Shown here: positions 56,137 through 64,000 of the stretch, one piece after another
How the letters are laid out: each line of letters starts with the position of its first letter
Numbering within the stretch: the first letter of the stretch is position 1
DNA from: an uncultured Caulobacteraceae bacterium
GTDB taxonomy: Bacteria; Pseudomonadota; Alphaproteobacteria; Caulobacterales; Caulobacteraceae
Direction: 5' to 3'
Length of the DNA stretch: 64,000 bases
NCBI GenBank assembly: GCA_964451265.1
Contig: CAYVHP010000077.1
Coordinates: 3,237-67,236, forward strand
Program-made: the position numbers and the translations under genes
The notes under the pieces: generated by a model
Told to the model about the DNA's origin: nothing
The model's input: the letters and a program-made list of their open reading frames with translations, nothing else
Database searches by the model: none

Positions 56137-57567
56137 CTAGAGACTCGTCCCGCCCACCGTCAGGCCTTTGATCTTCATGCTGGGCTGGCCGACGCCTACC
56201 GGGACGCCCTGGCCGGCCTTGCCGCAGACGCCGATGCCGGGGTCGAAGCAGAAGTCGTCGCCGATCATCTCAACGCGGGTCAAGGCGCTGGGCCCGTCGC
56301 CGATCAAGGTGGCGCCCTTGACCGGAGTGGTGATCTTGCCGTCCTCGATCAGGTAGGCCTCGGTGCACTGGAACACGAACTTGCCGTTGGTGATGTCCAC
56401 CTGGCCGCCGCCGAAGCTGGCGGCATAGAGGCCGCGTTTGACCGATTTGATCATCTCGTCTCGAGGCGTTTCGCCCGCAAGCATCCCGGTGTTGGTCATG
56501 CGCGGCAGGGGCATGTGAGCGTAGGATTCGCGCCGACCGTTGCCGGTGGCCTTCATGCCCATCAGCCGCGCGCTCATGCGGTCGTGCATGTAACCGACCA
56601 GGATGCCGTCCTCGATCAGAATGGTGCGTTCGGTGGGGGTGCCTTCGTCATCGATGGTGAGCGAGCCGCGGCGGCCCAGCTCTGTGCCGTCGTCAAATAC
56701 GGTCACGCCCGGCGCAGCCACCCGTTCGCCGATGCGGCCTGAGAAGGCCGAAACGCCCTTGCGGTTGAAGTCGCCTTCTAGGCCATGGCCGACCGCCTCG
56801 TGCAGCAGCACGCCGTTCCATCCGGGGCCGAGCACCACATCCATCTCGCCTGCCGGCGCGGGAACGGCGTCCAGGTTCACCAGGGCATGGCGCAGGGCTT
56901 CATCGACCTCTTGCTTCCACTTCTCGGGGGTGATCCAGGCCTCGAATCCGGCCCGGCCGCCGGAGCCCGAATTTCCCGACTCGCGTCGGCCGTCGCGCTC
57001 GACGGTGACCTGGACCCCGATGCGCACCAAGGGTCGCACGTCGCGCAGGAGCCGTCCGTCGCCGCGCAGAATTTCGATTTGCCGCCGTTCGCCCGCCAGG
57101 GACGCCATCACCTGAACCACGCGGGGATCGCGGGCGCGGGCATAGGCGTCGATTTCCTGCAGAAGCGCGACCTTGTCGGAGAAGCCGGGCGAGGCCAGGG
57201 GATCGTCCTCGCCGTACAGCTTGGCGTTGGTGTGGCGCGGACCTTCGGCGGCGACGCCGCTGTAGCCGCGCTTGGCCAGGGCGGCCGATTGGGCGGCGCG
57301 GCCTATTGCCGCCTCGGAGATCTCGCTGGCGTGGGCGTAACCGCTGCGCTCTCCGGCCACCACCCGCAGGCCGAAGCCTTCGGCGGCGTCATAGGCGGCC
57401 GACTTCAATCGACCGTCGTCAAACACAAATGATTCGCTTTCTGACCGCTCTACGAACAGTTCCCCGTCGTCCGCCCCGTCCAGGGCCTCGCCCAGCAGGT
57501 TCCCGGCGCGGACGGGATCGACGTCGCAGGCCTCAAGGATGGAAACGGCGGACGCGGGAGCGGTCAT
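56137..57567 (-). CDS. tldD: metalloprotease TldD
   Basis: ATG at 57567 (MTAPASAVSILEA...). TldD pattern including HEAVGHGLEGD. Confidence 0.9.
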   Translation of the reverse strand: MTAPASAVSILEACDVDPVRAGNLLGEALDGADDGELFVERSESESFVFDDGRLKSAAYDAAEGFGLRVVAGERSGYAHASEISEAAIGRAAQSAALAKRGYSGVAAEGPRHTNAKLYGEDDPLASPGFSDKVALLQEIDAYARARDPRVVQVMASLAGERRQIEILRGDGRLLRDVRPLVRIGVQVTVERDGRRESGNSGSGGRAGFEAWITPEKWKQEVDEALRHALVNLDAVPAPAGEMDVVLGPGWNGVLLHEAVGHGLEGDFNRKGVSAFSGRIGERVAAPGVTVFDDGTELGRRGSLTIDDEGTPTERTILIEDGILVGYMHDRMSARLMGMKATGNGRRESYAHMPLPRMTNTGMLAGETPRDEMIKSVKRGLYAASFGGGQVDITNGKFVFQCTEAYLIEDGKITTPVKGATLIGDGPSALTRVEMIGDDFCFDPGIGVCGKAGQGVPVGVGQPSMKIKGLTVGGTSL

Positions 57568-57835
57568 GGCTGAAAATCCGGTCAAATGCGGTACGAGATT
57601 GCGATCATATCTAGATAGGGCGCCGCCAACCTTTCGGAAACCGTCACTGTGGGCGGCTAGCGCCTTGGCAAGCGCAAATTGAACGCGTATGCACGCCCCC
57701 AAGCCAAAAGGGGACCAAGCTTCGGCTCAGGTGCGACATTCCGCTCCGAAGCCAGGGCTTAGCGCCTTTGACCTTTGCGTTAGTGTCAGAGGCGGACTTG
57801 CTCCGACCGACGACGACAGCCGAACTGTGGGGACT

Positions 57836-58807
57836 ATGAAGGCTTCGAGAATGGGGATGCGAAAGCTAGCGGCTGGAGCCGGTTCAGCGCTTTTGATGGC
57901 CGCAATCGGGGCTCAGGCCCGGGCCGCCGAATTGCTGGGCCAGCCGACGCCAGGGGCGATCGACTTACAGCGCTCAGCTTCGGCCATGCGCGACGACGTG
58001 ATTTTCTTCCACAACAGCATCCTGATGCCGATCATCACCGGGATCGTGCTGTTCGTCCTGGTGCTTTTGCTCATCTGCATCGTGCGCTTCAACAAGCGCG
58101 CCAATCCGACCCCGGCGCGTTGGAGCCACAATACGGTGATCGAGGTGATCTGGACCGGGGTCCCCGTCCTGATCCTGATGTTCGTTGCGATCTTCTCGTT
58201 CAAGCTGCTGTTCAAATATCACGACATGCCGCAGCCCTATATGACGGTGAAGGCGACCGGCTATCAGTGGTACTGGGGCTATGCCTATCCGGATCAAAAG
58301 ATCGATGAGATCGCCTCGACGGTGACTCCCGAGGACAAGACCACCCCGCAACTTTATCGCTTGGCCGCCGACAATCCGATGGTGGTGCCGGTCAATAAGG
58401 TGGTGCGGGTCCTGGTGACCGGCGCCGATGTGATCCACTCCTTTTCGGTGCCGGCGTTCGGCGTGAAGATCGACGCCATTCCTGGCCGCGTGAACGAGAC
58501 TTGGTTCAAGGCCAATCAAACCGGCACGTTCTATGGCCAGTGCTCGCAGCTGTGCGGCATCAACCACGCCTACATGCCGATCCAGGTCAACGTTCTGTCG
58601 CAGGCGGATTTCGACTCCTGGGTCGCGGGCAAGGCGCCGAAGCCTGCCCCGACCCCGGTCGCCGCCCCAGCCCCGACGGCTGCGCCGGCGCCGGCGGCCA
58701 CGCCCGCGCCTGCTGCGCCGGCGGCCGTTAAGACATCCATCCAGACCCACGCGGCCAAGCCCAGCCTTACGCTCGCCGCGCTGAACCGACCGATTGGGAA
58801 AGAGTAA
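57836..58807 (+). CDS. ctaC: cytochrome c oxidase subunit II
   Basis: ATG at 57836; the start is somewhat uncertain. CuA site [18 protein letters not shown]...[12 protein letters not shown]. Long Ala/Pro-rich C-terminal tail. Confidence 0.9.
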   Translation: MKASRMGMRKLAAGAGSALLMAAIGAQARAAELLGQPTPGAIDLQRSASAMRDDVIFFHNSILMPIITGIVLFVLVLLLICIVRFNKRANPTPARWSHNTVIEVIWTGVPVLILMFVAIFSFKLLFKYHDMPQPYMTVKATGYQWYWGYAYPDQKIDEIASTVTPEDKTTPQLYRLAADNPMVVPVNKVVRVLVTGADVIHSFSVPAFGVKIDAIPGRVNETWFKANQTGTFYGQCSQLCGINHAYMPIQVNVLSQADFDSWVAGKAPKPAPTPVAAPAPTAAPAPAATPAPAAPAAVKTSIQTHAAKPSLTLAALNRPIGKE

Positions 58808-58811
58808 GACG

Positions 58812-60473
58812 ATGGCTACGCATGCCGCAGACTCCCACGCTCACGACGACCACGACCACAAGCCCGGCTTCTTCACGCGTTGGTTCTTTTCGACCAACCA
58901 CAAGGATATCGGCACGCTCTACATTCTATTCGCCATCATGGCGGGTTTGGTGGGCGGCGCCTTTTCCGGCCTGATCCGCTGGGAATTGGCCGAGCCGGGC
59001 ATTCAAATCTTCCAGCCCCACTCGTGGCTGGCCCAGGCGGGCCTGATCGAGGGCTCCAAGCACGGCTATAATGTGATCGTGACGGCCCACGCCTTGGTCA
59101 TGATCTTTTTCATGGTCATGCCGGCCATGATCGGCGGATTCGGCAACTGGTTCGTGCCCCTGATGATCGGCGCGCCGGACATGGCCTTCCCGCGCATGAA
59201 CAACATCTCGTTCTGGCTGCTGGTGTCGTCATTCGTACTGCTGTTCACATCGCTGTTCGTCGATGGCGGACCGGGCCGCGGTTTTGGCGGCGGCTGGACG
59301 CTCTATCCGCCCCTGTCGACCATTGGCCATACCGGCCCGGCGATGGATTTCGCTATCCTGTCGGTCCACTTGGCCGGGGCCAGCTCGATCCTCGGCGCCA
59401 TCAATTTCATCACCACCATCTTCAACATGCGGGCGCCGGGCATGACCCTGCACCGTATGCCGCTGTTCGTGTGGTCGGTGCTGGTCACCGCCTTCCTGCT
59501 GCTGCTGTCGCTGCCGGTTCTGGCGGGCGCTATCACCATGCTGCTGACCGACCGCAACTTCGGCACGCACTTCTTCGACCCGTCAGCGGGCGGCGATCCG
59601 GTGATGTTCCAGCATCTGTTCTGGTTCTTCGGCCACCCGGAAGTTTACATCCTGATCCTGCCGGGCTTCGGCATCATCAGCCAGATCGTCTCGACCTTCT
59701 CCAAGAAGCCCGTGTTCGGCTATCTGGCCATGGCCTACGCCATGGTGGCGATCGGGTTCGTCGGCTTCGTGGTGTGGGCGCACCATATGTACACCACCGG
59801 CATGACCGTGAACCTGCAGGCCTATTTTGTGGCCGCGACCATGATTATCGCCGTGCCGACCGGGGTGAAGGTGTTCTCCTGGATCGCCACCATGTGGGGC
59901 GGGTCTATCGATTTCAAAACCCCGATGCTTTGGGCGATCGGCTTCATCTTCCTGTTCACGGTCGGTGGGGTGACGGGCGTGGTTCTGGCCAACGCGGGCC
60001 TCGATTATTCGCTGCACGACTCCTACTACGTGGTGGCCCACTTCCACTACGTGCTGTCGTTGGGCGCGGTGTTCTCGGTGTTTGCCGGGTTCTACTACTG
60101 GTTCGAAAAGATGTGGGGCGTGAAGTACAACGAGTTCCTCGGCGCGACCCACTTCTGGATCACCTTCGTCGGCGTGAACCTGATCTTCTTCCCGCAGCAT
60201 TTCCTGGGTCTGCAGGGCATGCCGCGTCGGTACGTCGACTACCCGACCGCCTTCGCAGGCTGGAACAAGCTGTCGTCGGAAGGCTACGCTGTGACCCTGG
60301 TCGGGGTGGGCGTGTTCCTCCTGGTCCTGGTCGAGGCGGCCGTGCGCCGTCGCAAGGCCGAGGCCAATCCTTGGGGCGAAGGCGCCACGACCCTGGAGTG
60401 GACCCTGCCGTCTCCGCCTCCGTTCCACCAGTTCAATGAACTGCCGGTGATCCGGGCCGACGCGCACCACTAA
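58812..60473 (+). CDS. ctaD: cytochrome c oxidase subunit I
   Basis: ATG at 58812. [14 protein letters not shown] and the canonical haem/CuB histidine regions ([23 protein letters not shown]). Confidence 0.95.
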   Translation: MATHAADSHAHDDHDHKPGFFTRWFFSTNHKDIGTLYILFAIMAGLVGGAFSGLIRWELAEPGIQIFQPHSWLAQAGLIEGSKHGYNVIVTAHALVMIFFMVMPAMIGGFGNWFVPLMIGAPDMAFPRMNNISFWLLVSSFVLLFTSLFVDGGPGRGFGGGWTLYPPLSTIGHTGPAMDFAILSVHLAGASSILGAINFITTIFNMRAPGMTLHRMPLFVWSVLVTAFLLLLSLPVLAGAITMLLTDRNFGTHFFDPSAGGDPVMFQHLFWFFGHPEVYILILPGFGIISQIVSTFSKKPVFGYLAMAYAMVAIGFVGFVVWAHHMYTTGMTVNLQAYFVAATMIIAVPTGVKVFSWIATMWGGSIDFKTPMLWAIGFIFLFTVGGVTGVVLANAGLDYSLHDSYYVVAHFHYVLSLGAVFSVFAGFYYWFEKMWGVKYNEFLGATHFWITFVGVNLIFFPQHFLGLQGMPRRYVDYPTAFAGWNKLSSEGYAVTLVGVGVFLLVLVEAAVRRRKAEANPWGEGATTLEWTLPSPPPFHQFNELPVIRADAHH

Positions 60474-60550
60474 GGGCTCGATCTGCTTTGAATTCGGCGC
60501 GGCCGTCGGAATTGGCTTCCGGCGGCCGCGCCATCGGCCTATTGAACCCC

Positions 60551-61537
60551 ATGCCCGTGAACACGATGACCGACACCACAGCCGCCCCCGTTTCCGGCGC
60601 CGCTCCGGCGCGATCAGGCGACTATATGGCGCTGCTCAAACCCAGGGTCATGTCGCTGGTGGTGTTCACGGCCTTCACCGGCCTCATCTGCGCTAGAACG
60701 CCGATGAGCCCGACCCTGGCCTTCGTGGCGGTGCTGTGCATCGCGGTAGGCGCCGGCGCAGCCGGGGCGCTGAACATGTGGTACGACGCGGACATCGACG
60801 CCCTGATGCGCCGCACGCGCTCGCGGCCCATTCCCATGGGCAAGGTCCAGTCCGCCGACGCCTTAGCCCTGGGCGTGGTGCTTTCCCTGCTGTCGGTGAT
60901 GATGATGGGCATGGCCGCCAACTGGCTGGCCGCCGGCCTGCTGGCCTTCACCATTCTGTTCTACGCCTTGATCTACACCATGTGGCTCAAGCGAATTACG
61001 CCGCAGAACATTGTTATCGGCGGCGCTGCCGGGGCGCTTCCGCCTGTGATCGGTTGGGCGGCTGCGTCCGGCCATGCGCCCCTCAACGCCTGGCTGTTGT
61101 TTATGATCATCTTCCTGTGGACCCCGCCCCATTCCTGGGCGCTGGCGCTCTACACGGCGGGGGACTATGCCAAGGCCGGGGTGCCGATGATGCCTGTGGC
61201 CAAGGGCGCCGCTTCGACCCGCAAACAGATCATGATCTACAGTCTGCTGTTCGTGCCGGCTGCTGTGGCGCCGTCCTTCACCGGCTTGGGTGGTCAGCTG
61301 TACCTGGCGGTCTCGGGCCTGGGCGGCGCCCTGTTCCTGTTGCTGGCGCTCCGTCTGGCGCGCACCGCTTCGGGCGAGGCGGACGGGGCCAAGAACGGTC
61401 TTTATGAGGTGAAAGCCGGATCGCGCGACGCGCGCAACCTGTTCGCCTTCTCCATTCTCTATCTGACGCTGTTGTTCGCCTCGCTGCTGGCGGAGCGGGC
61501 GTTTGGGGTGGAGCCCCTGTTTAAGGCCGTCTTGTGA
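60551..61537 (+). CDS. ctaB: protohaem IX farnesyltransferase (haem O synthase)
   Basis: ATG at 60551; 60566 is an alternative. YMALLKPRVMSLVVFT, and NMWYDADID motifs. Confidence 0.9.
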   Translation: MPVNTMTDTTAAPVSGAAPARSGDYMALLKPRVMSLVVFTAFTGLICARTPMSPTLAFVAVLCIAVGAGAAGALNMWYDADIDALMRRTRSRPIPMGKVQSADALALGVVLSLLSVMMMGMAANWLAAGLLAFTILFYALIYTMWLKRITPQNIVIGGAAGALPPVIGWAAASGHAPLNAWLLFMIIFLWTPPHSWALALYTAGDYAKAGVPMMPVAKGAASTRKQIMIYSLLFVPAAVAPSFTGLGGQLYLAVSGLGGALFLLLALRLARTASGEADGAKNGLYEVKAGSRDARNLFAFSILYLTLLFASLLAERAFGVEPLFKAVL

Positions 61538-61686
61538 GCGACCCAAAGGACGACGACGTAGAGGAAGCCAAGGCGCGCCGCCGCCGCAACCTGATGATCG
61601 GGGCGATCCTAGCGGCTTTTGTCGTGCTCACCTTTATCGTCACCATTGCCAAACTGAGCGCCCATGTCGCCCCGCGGACCTTCTAA
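61534..61686 (+). CDS. small membrane protein, 50 aa, CoxF-position ORF (not in the ORF track)
   Basis: The GTG at 61534 overlaps the ctaB stop (GTGA). Hand translation gives VSDPKDDDVEEAKARRRRNLMIGAILAAFVVLTFIVTIAKLSAHVAPRTF, then a stop. The 3' end overlaps the ctaG start by 23 nt. Confidence 0.5.
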   Translation: MSDPKDDDVEEAKARRRRNLMIGAILAAFVVLTFIVTIAKLSAHVAPRTF

Positions 61687-62305
61687 GGCCCGCAGCCGGG
61701 CCGTCGGTCGGACAGCCGCTTTATGCACGCTGGTCTTGGTGACGATGGTCGGAGCGGCCTTCGCCGCTGTGCCCCTTTACCGTCTGTTCTGCCAGCAGAC
61801 CGGCTATGACGGCGCCGGCCGCCGGGCCAAGGCCGCTCCCGGCGCGATTCTGGACAAGCGGGTGACGATTCGATTCGACGCCAATGTGCGCGATCTGCCG
61901 TGGGATTTTGCGCCCGATCAGCTAAGCCAAAATGTTCGTATCGGCGACACCGGCTTGGCTTTCTATCATGTGACCAATCGAAGCGACCAGCCGATCACGG
62001 CGCACGCCTCGTACAATGTCGTGCCGCTCGGGGCGGGGCTGTATTTCGAAAAACTTCAGTGCTTCTGCTTCACCGACCAGACGCTAAAGCCCGGTCAGAG
62101 CGTGGATTTCCCCGTGGTCTATTTTGTCGATCCGCGTTTTGCGAGCGACCCGGACACCAAGAACGCCAAGGAGATCACCCTGTCCTACACCTTCTATCGG
62201 GTGAACAAACCCGCCCCCCCGGCGCGCGCCCAAGCGGCGCCGGGCGCGTCGAATGCGAATAAGGCGTCACAGCCTATTGGCGGATCGCCCAGGGCGGCGC
62301 TATAG
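61664..62305 (+). CDS. ctaG: cytochrome c oxidase assembly protein CtaG/Cox11
   Basis: 213 aa. N-terminal TM, then the LYRLFCQQTGYDG and CFCF copper-binding motifs. Confidence 0.9.
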   Translation: MSPRGPSKARSRAVGRTAALCTLVLVTMVGAAFAAVPLYRLFCQQTGYDGAGRRAKAAPGAILDKRVTIRFDANVRDLPWDFAPDQLSQNVRIGDTGLAFYHVTNRSDQPITAHASYNVVPLGAGLYFEKLQCFCFTDQTLKPGQSVDFPVVYFVDPRFASDPDTKNAKEITLSYTFYRVNKPAPPARAQAAPGASNANKASQPIGGSPRAAL

Positions 62306-62362
62306 GCTGTCGCGAGGCGAAGCGGCGCAGGCCGTGCGAGACATTGAGGGGTTGGCGCAAAG

Positions 62363-63226
62363 ATGGCCCAAGCAGGCGTTAAACACGATTACCACCTAGT
62401 CAACCCGAGCCCATGGCCTTTGGTCGGCTCCATCGCTGCGGCCCTGCTGGCCTTCGGCGCGGTGACCTACATGAAGGGTCTGTTCGGCCTGCCCAAGGGC
62501 TATCCCTGGATGGCTGTCGCGGGCTTCGTGGGCGTGATCTACACCATGATCGGCTGGTGGATCGAGGTGGTGAAGGAAGCCAACGGCGGCGACCACACGC
62601 CGGTGGTCTCCATCGGTCTGCGCTACGGCATGATTATGTTCATCGCTTCGGAAGTGATGTTCTTTGTGGCGTGGTTCTGGATTTTCTTCGAGATGGCCCT
62701 GTTCCACAACGTGCGCACCGCCTCGGCCATAGACGAGGTTCGCACCGCTTGGCAAACGTGGCCGCCCAAGGGCGTGGAGACTGTTTCCCCCTGGCACCTT
62801 CCGCTGGTGAACACGCTGACCCTGCTGCTGTCTGGCACAACGGTCACGTGGGCGCACCATGCCTTGATCGAAGGCGACCGCAAGGGCGCCAAGATCGGCC
62901 TGCTTCTGACCATCGTGTTGGGCGTGCTGTTCACCTCGATCCAGGCTTATGAATATCACCACATCCTGACCGAGCAGCTGTTCTACTCGCCTGACGCCGC
63001 CAATGCGGGCCTGTACGGGTCGGCCTTCTTCATGGCCACGGGCTTCCACGGCTTCCACGTTCTAATCGGCACCATATTCCTGACCGTGTGTCTGTTGCGC
63101 CTGATCGGGGGCGGGTTCACGCCGCAAAAGCATTTCGGCTTCGAAGCGGCGGCTTGGTACTGGCACTTCGTGGACGTGGTCTGGCTGTTCCTGTTCGCCT
63201 TTATCTACGTGATATTCGGCCGATGA
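62363..63226 (+). CDS. ctaE: cytochrome c oxidase subunit III
   Basis: 287 aa. [12 protein letters not shown] start, and [23 protein letters not shown] motifs. Confidence 0.95.
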   Translation: MAQAGVKHDYHLVNPSPWPLVGSIAAALLAFGAVTYMKGLFGLPKGYPWMAVAGFVGVIYTMIGWWIEVVKEANGGDHTPVVSIGLRYGMIMFIASEVMFFVAWFWIFFEMALFHNVRTASAIDEVRTAWQTWPPKGVETVSPWHLPLVNTLTLLLSGTTVTWAHHALIEGDRKGAKIGLLLTIVLGVLFTSIQAYEYHHILTEQLFYSPDAANAGLYGSAFFMATGFHGFHVLIGTIFLTVCLLRLIGGGFTPQKHFGFEAAAWYWHFVDVVWLFLFAFIYVIFGR

Positions 63227-63227
63227 C

Positions 63228-63596
63228 ATGAACGGCGGCGTCAATCCGGTCCTGGCCGGCCTGACCTGCCGATGTCCCAATTGTGGCGAGGGGCCGCTGT
63301 TCAGCGGCTTCCTTAAGGTGTCCGAGCGCTGCGAGGCGTGCGGGCTGGACCTTAGGGCTGCTGACTCTGGGGACGGTCCAGCCGTCTTCATCATCCTGAT
63401 TGTCGGAACCCTTGTGGGGTTCGGGGCCTTGATTACCGAAATCCAGCTGCATCCGCCGGTGTGGGTGCACATGGTCATCTGGCTGCCGCTGACGGCGATT
63501 CTTTGTCTCGCTCTTCTGCGTCCGCTCAAGGGCGTCATGCTGGCCATGCAATTCCACCATCGCGCGTCCGAAGCGGGTGGGAAGGATATCGAGTGA
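63228..63596 (+). CDS. DUF983 domain protein
   Basis: 122 aa. Zinc-ribbon-like CPNCGEGPLF...CEACGLDL followed by two TM segments. This is the usual position after ctaE. Confidence 0.8.
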   Translation: MNGGVNPVLAGLTCRCPNCGEGPLFSGFLKVSERCEACGLDLRAADSGDGPAVFIILIVGTLVGFGALITEIQLHPPVWVHMVIWLPLTAILCLALLRPLKGVMLAMQFHHRASEAGGKDIE

Positions 63597-64000
63597 GCCT
63601 TGGACCCATGTTCAATGATCGCGTACGCCCAGGTGGGCCGACTGTTTTAGGCGCTCTGTTTTCGCTAGCCGGGCTGATCATCCTGGTCTGGCTCGGCGTC
63701 TGGCAACTTCAGCGCATGGCTTGGAAGGAAGACCTGCTCAAGCACATCGCGGCGCTCAAGTCCCAGGCGGCCAGGCCCTTGGCCGAGGTTCTCGCCGGCC
63801 ACGAAACGGAGTTCGTTCGCGTAAGCCTGGATTGCCCGGACCTGATGAGCCGTCCCCGCGTGAGGCTCTACGGCGTTCAAGACGGCGAGGCGGGCTATCG
63901 TTTCATGACGGCCTGTCCCATCGCGGGAGGCGCGGCCAGTGTGTTGGTCGATCTGGGGTTTGAGGCCCAAGGACCGCAGTCCGCGACTCGCCCGGCCTGT
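63593..64000 (+). CDS. SURF1 family cytochrome oxidase assembly protein (partial, runs off the window)
   Basis: The GTG at 63593 overlaps the previous stop (GTGA). Hand translation gives ...LIILVWLGVWQLQRMAWKEDLL...GYRFMT, a SURF1 N-terminal pattern. No stop before position 64000. Confidence 0.8.
   Translation, partial: MSLGPMFNDRVRPGGPTVLGALFSLAGLIILVWLGVWQLQRMAWKEDLLKHIAALKSQAARPLAEVLAGHETEFVRVSLDCPDLMSRPRVRLYGVQDGEAGYRFMTACPIAGGAASVLVDLGFEAQGPQSATRPAC

Overview
This is a high-GC, gene-dense chromosomal segment. Gene content and order look alphaproteobacterial, most like Caulobacterales; that assignment is inference only. All composition statements are by eye and nothing was computed. I call about 70 protein-coding genes on both strands. 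I recognised no rRNA, tRNA or CRISPR array. Start codons were chosen by eye from the ORF track, which appears to accept ATG, GTG and TTG starts, so many track ORFs are N-terminally over-extended.

Core gene blocks:
- an SDR/folB pterin pair
- an orphan Cache-type histidine kinase, nhaA and selO
- a TetR-controlled OMF-EmrA-EmrB efflux operon
- hsp20
- xseA/purD
- the lipid A/Kdo block lpxK-waaA-DUF374-msbA, with overlapping stop and start codons
- pmbA and tldD
- ubiD and ubiA
- a TonB-dependent receptor
- ppk2, rsmE and gshA
- an OPT transporter
- the aa3-type oxidase cluster ctaC-ctaD-ctaB-(small ORF)-ctaG-ctaE-DUF983-SURF1, which runs off the right edge

Atypical parts:
1. A left-end set of regulator and oxidoreductase genes ends in a decayed IS5-family transposase fragment.
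2. An AT-richer two-gene cassette sits between pmbA and ubiD. It encodes a 313-aa Cys-free protein without a signal peptide, translationally coupled to a lipoprotein. This is my best candidate for an undescribed effector/immunity-like module.
3. An AT-rich islet carries a frameshifted membrane-protein gene and a vapBC pair.
4. Three copies of a composite palindromic repeat built from 9-bp modules all lie in convergent intergenic gaps. One copy is fused to a second type of long hairpin.
5. Three translationally coupled small ORFs have unknown function.
6. Two sub-60-aa ORFs are missing from the track.
7. There is a ROSE-like leader upstream of hsp20.
8. A perfect 19-bp palindrome lies at the TetR/efflux promoter.
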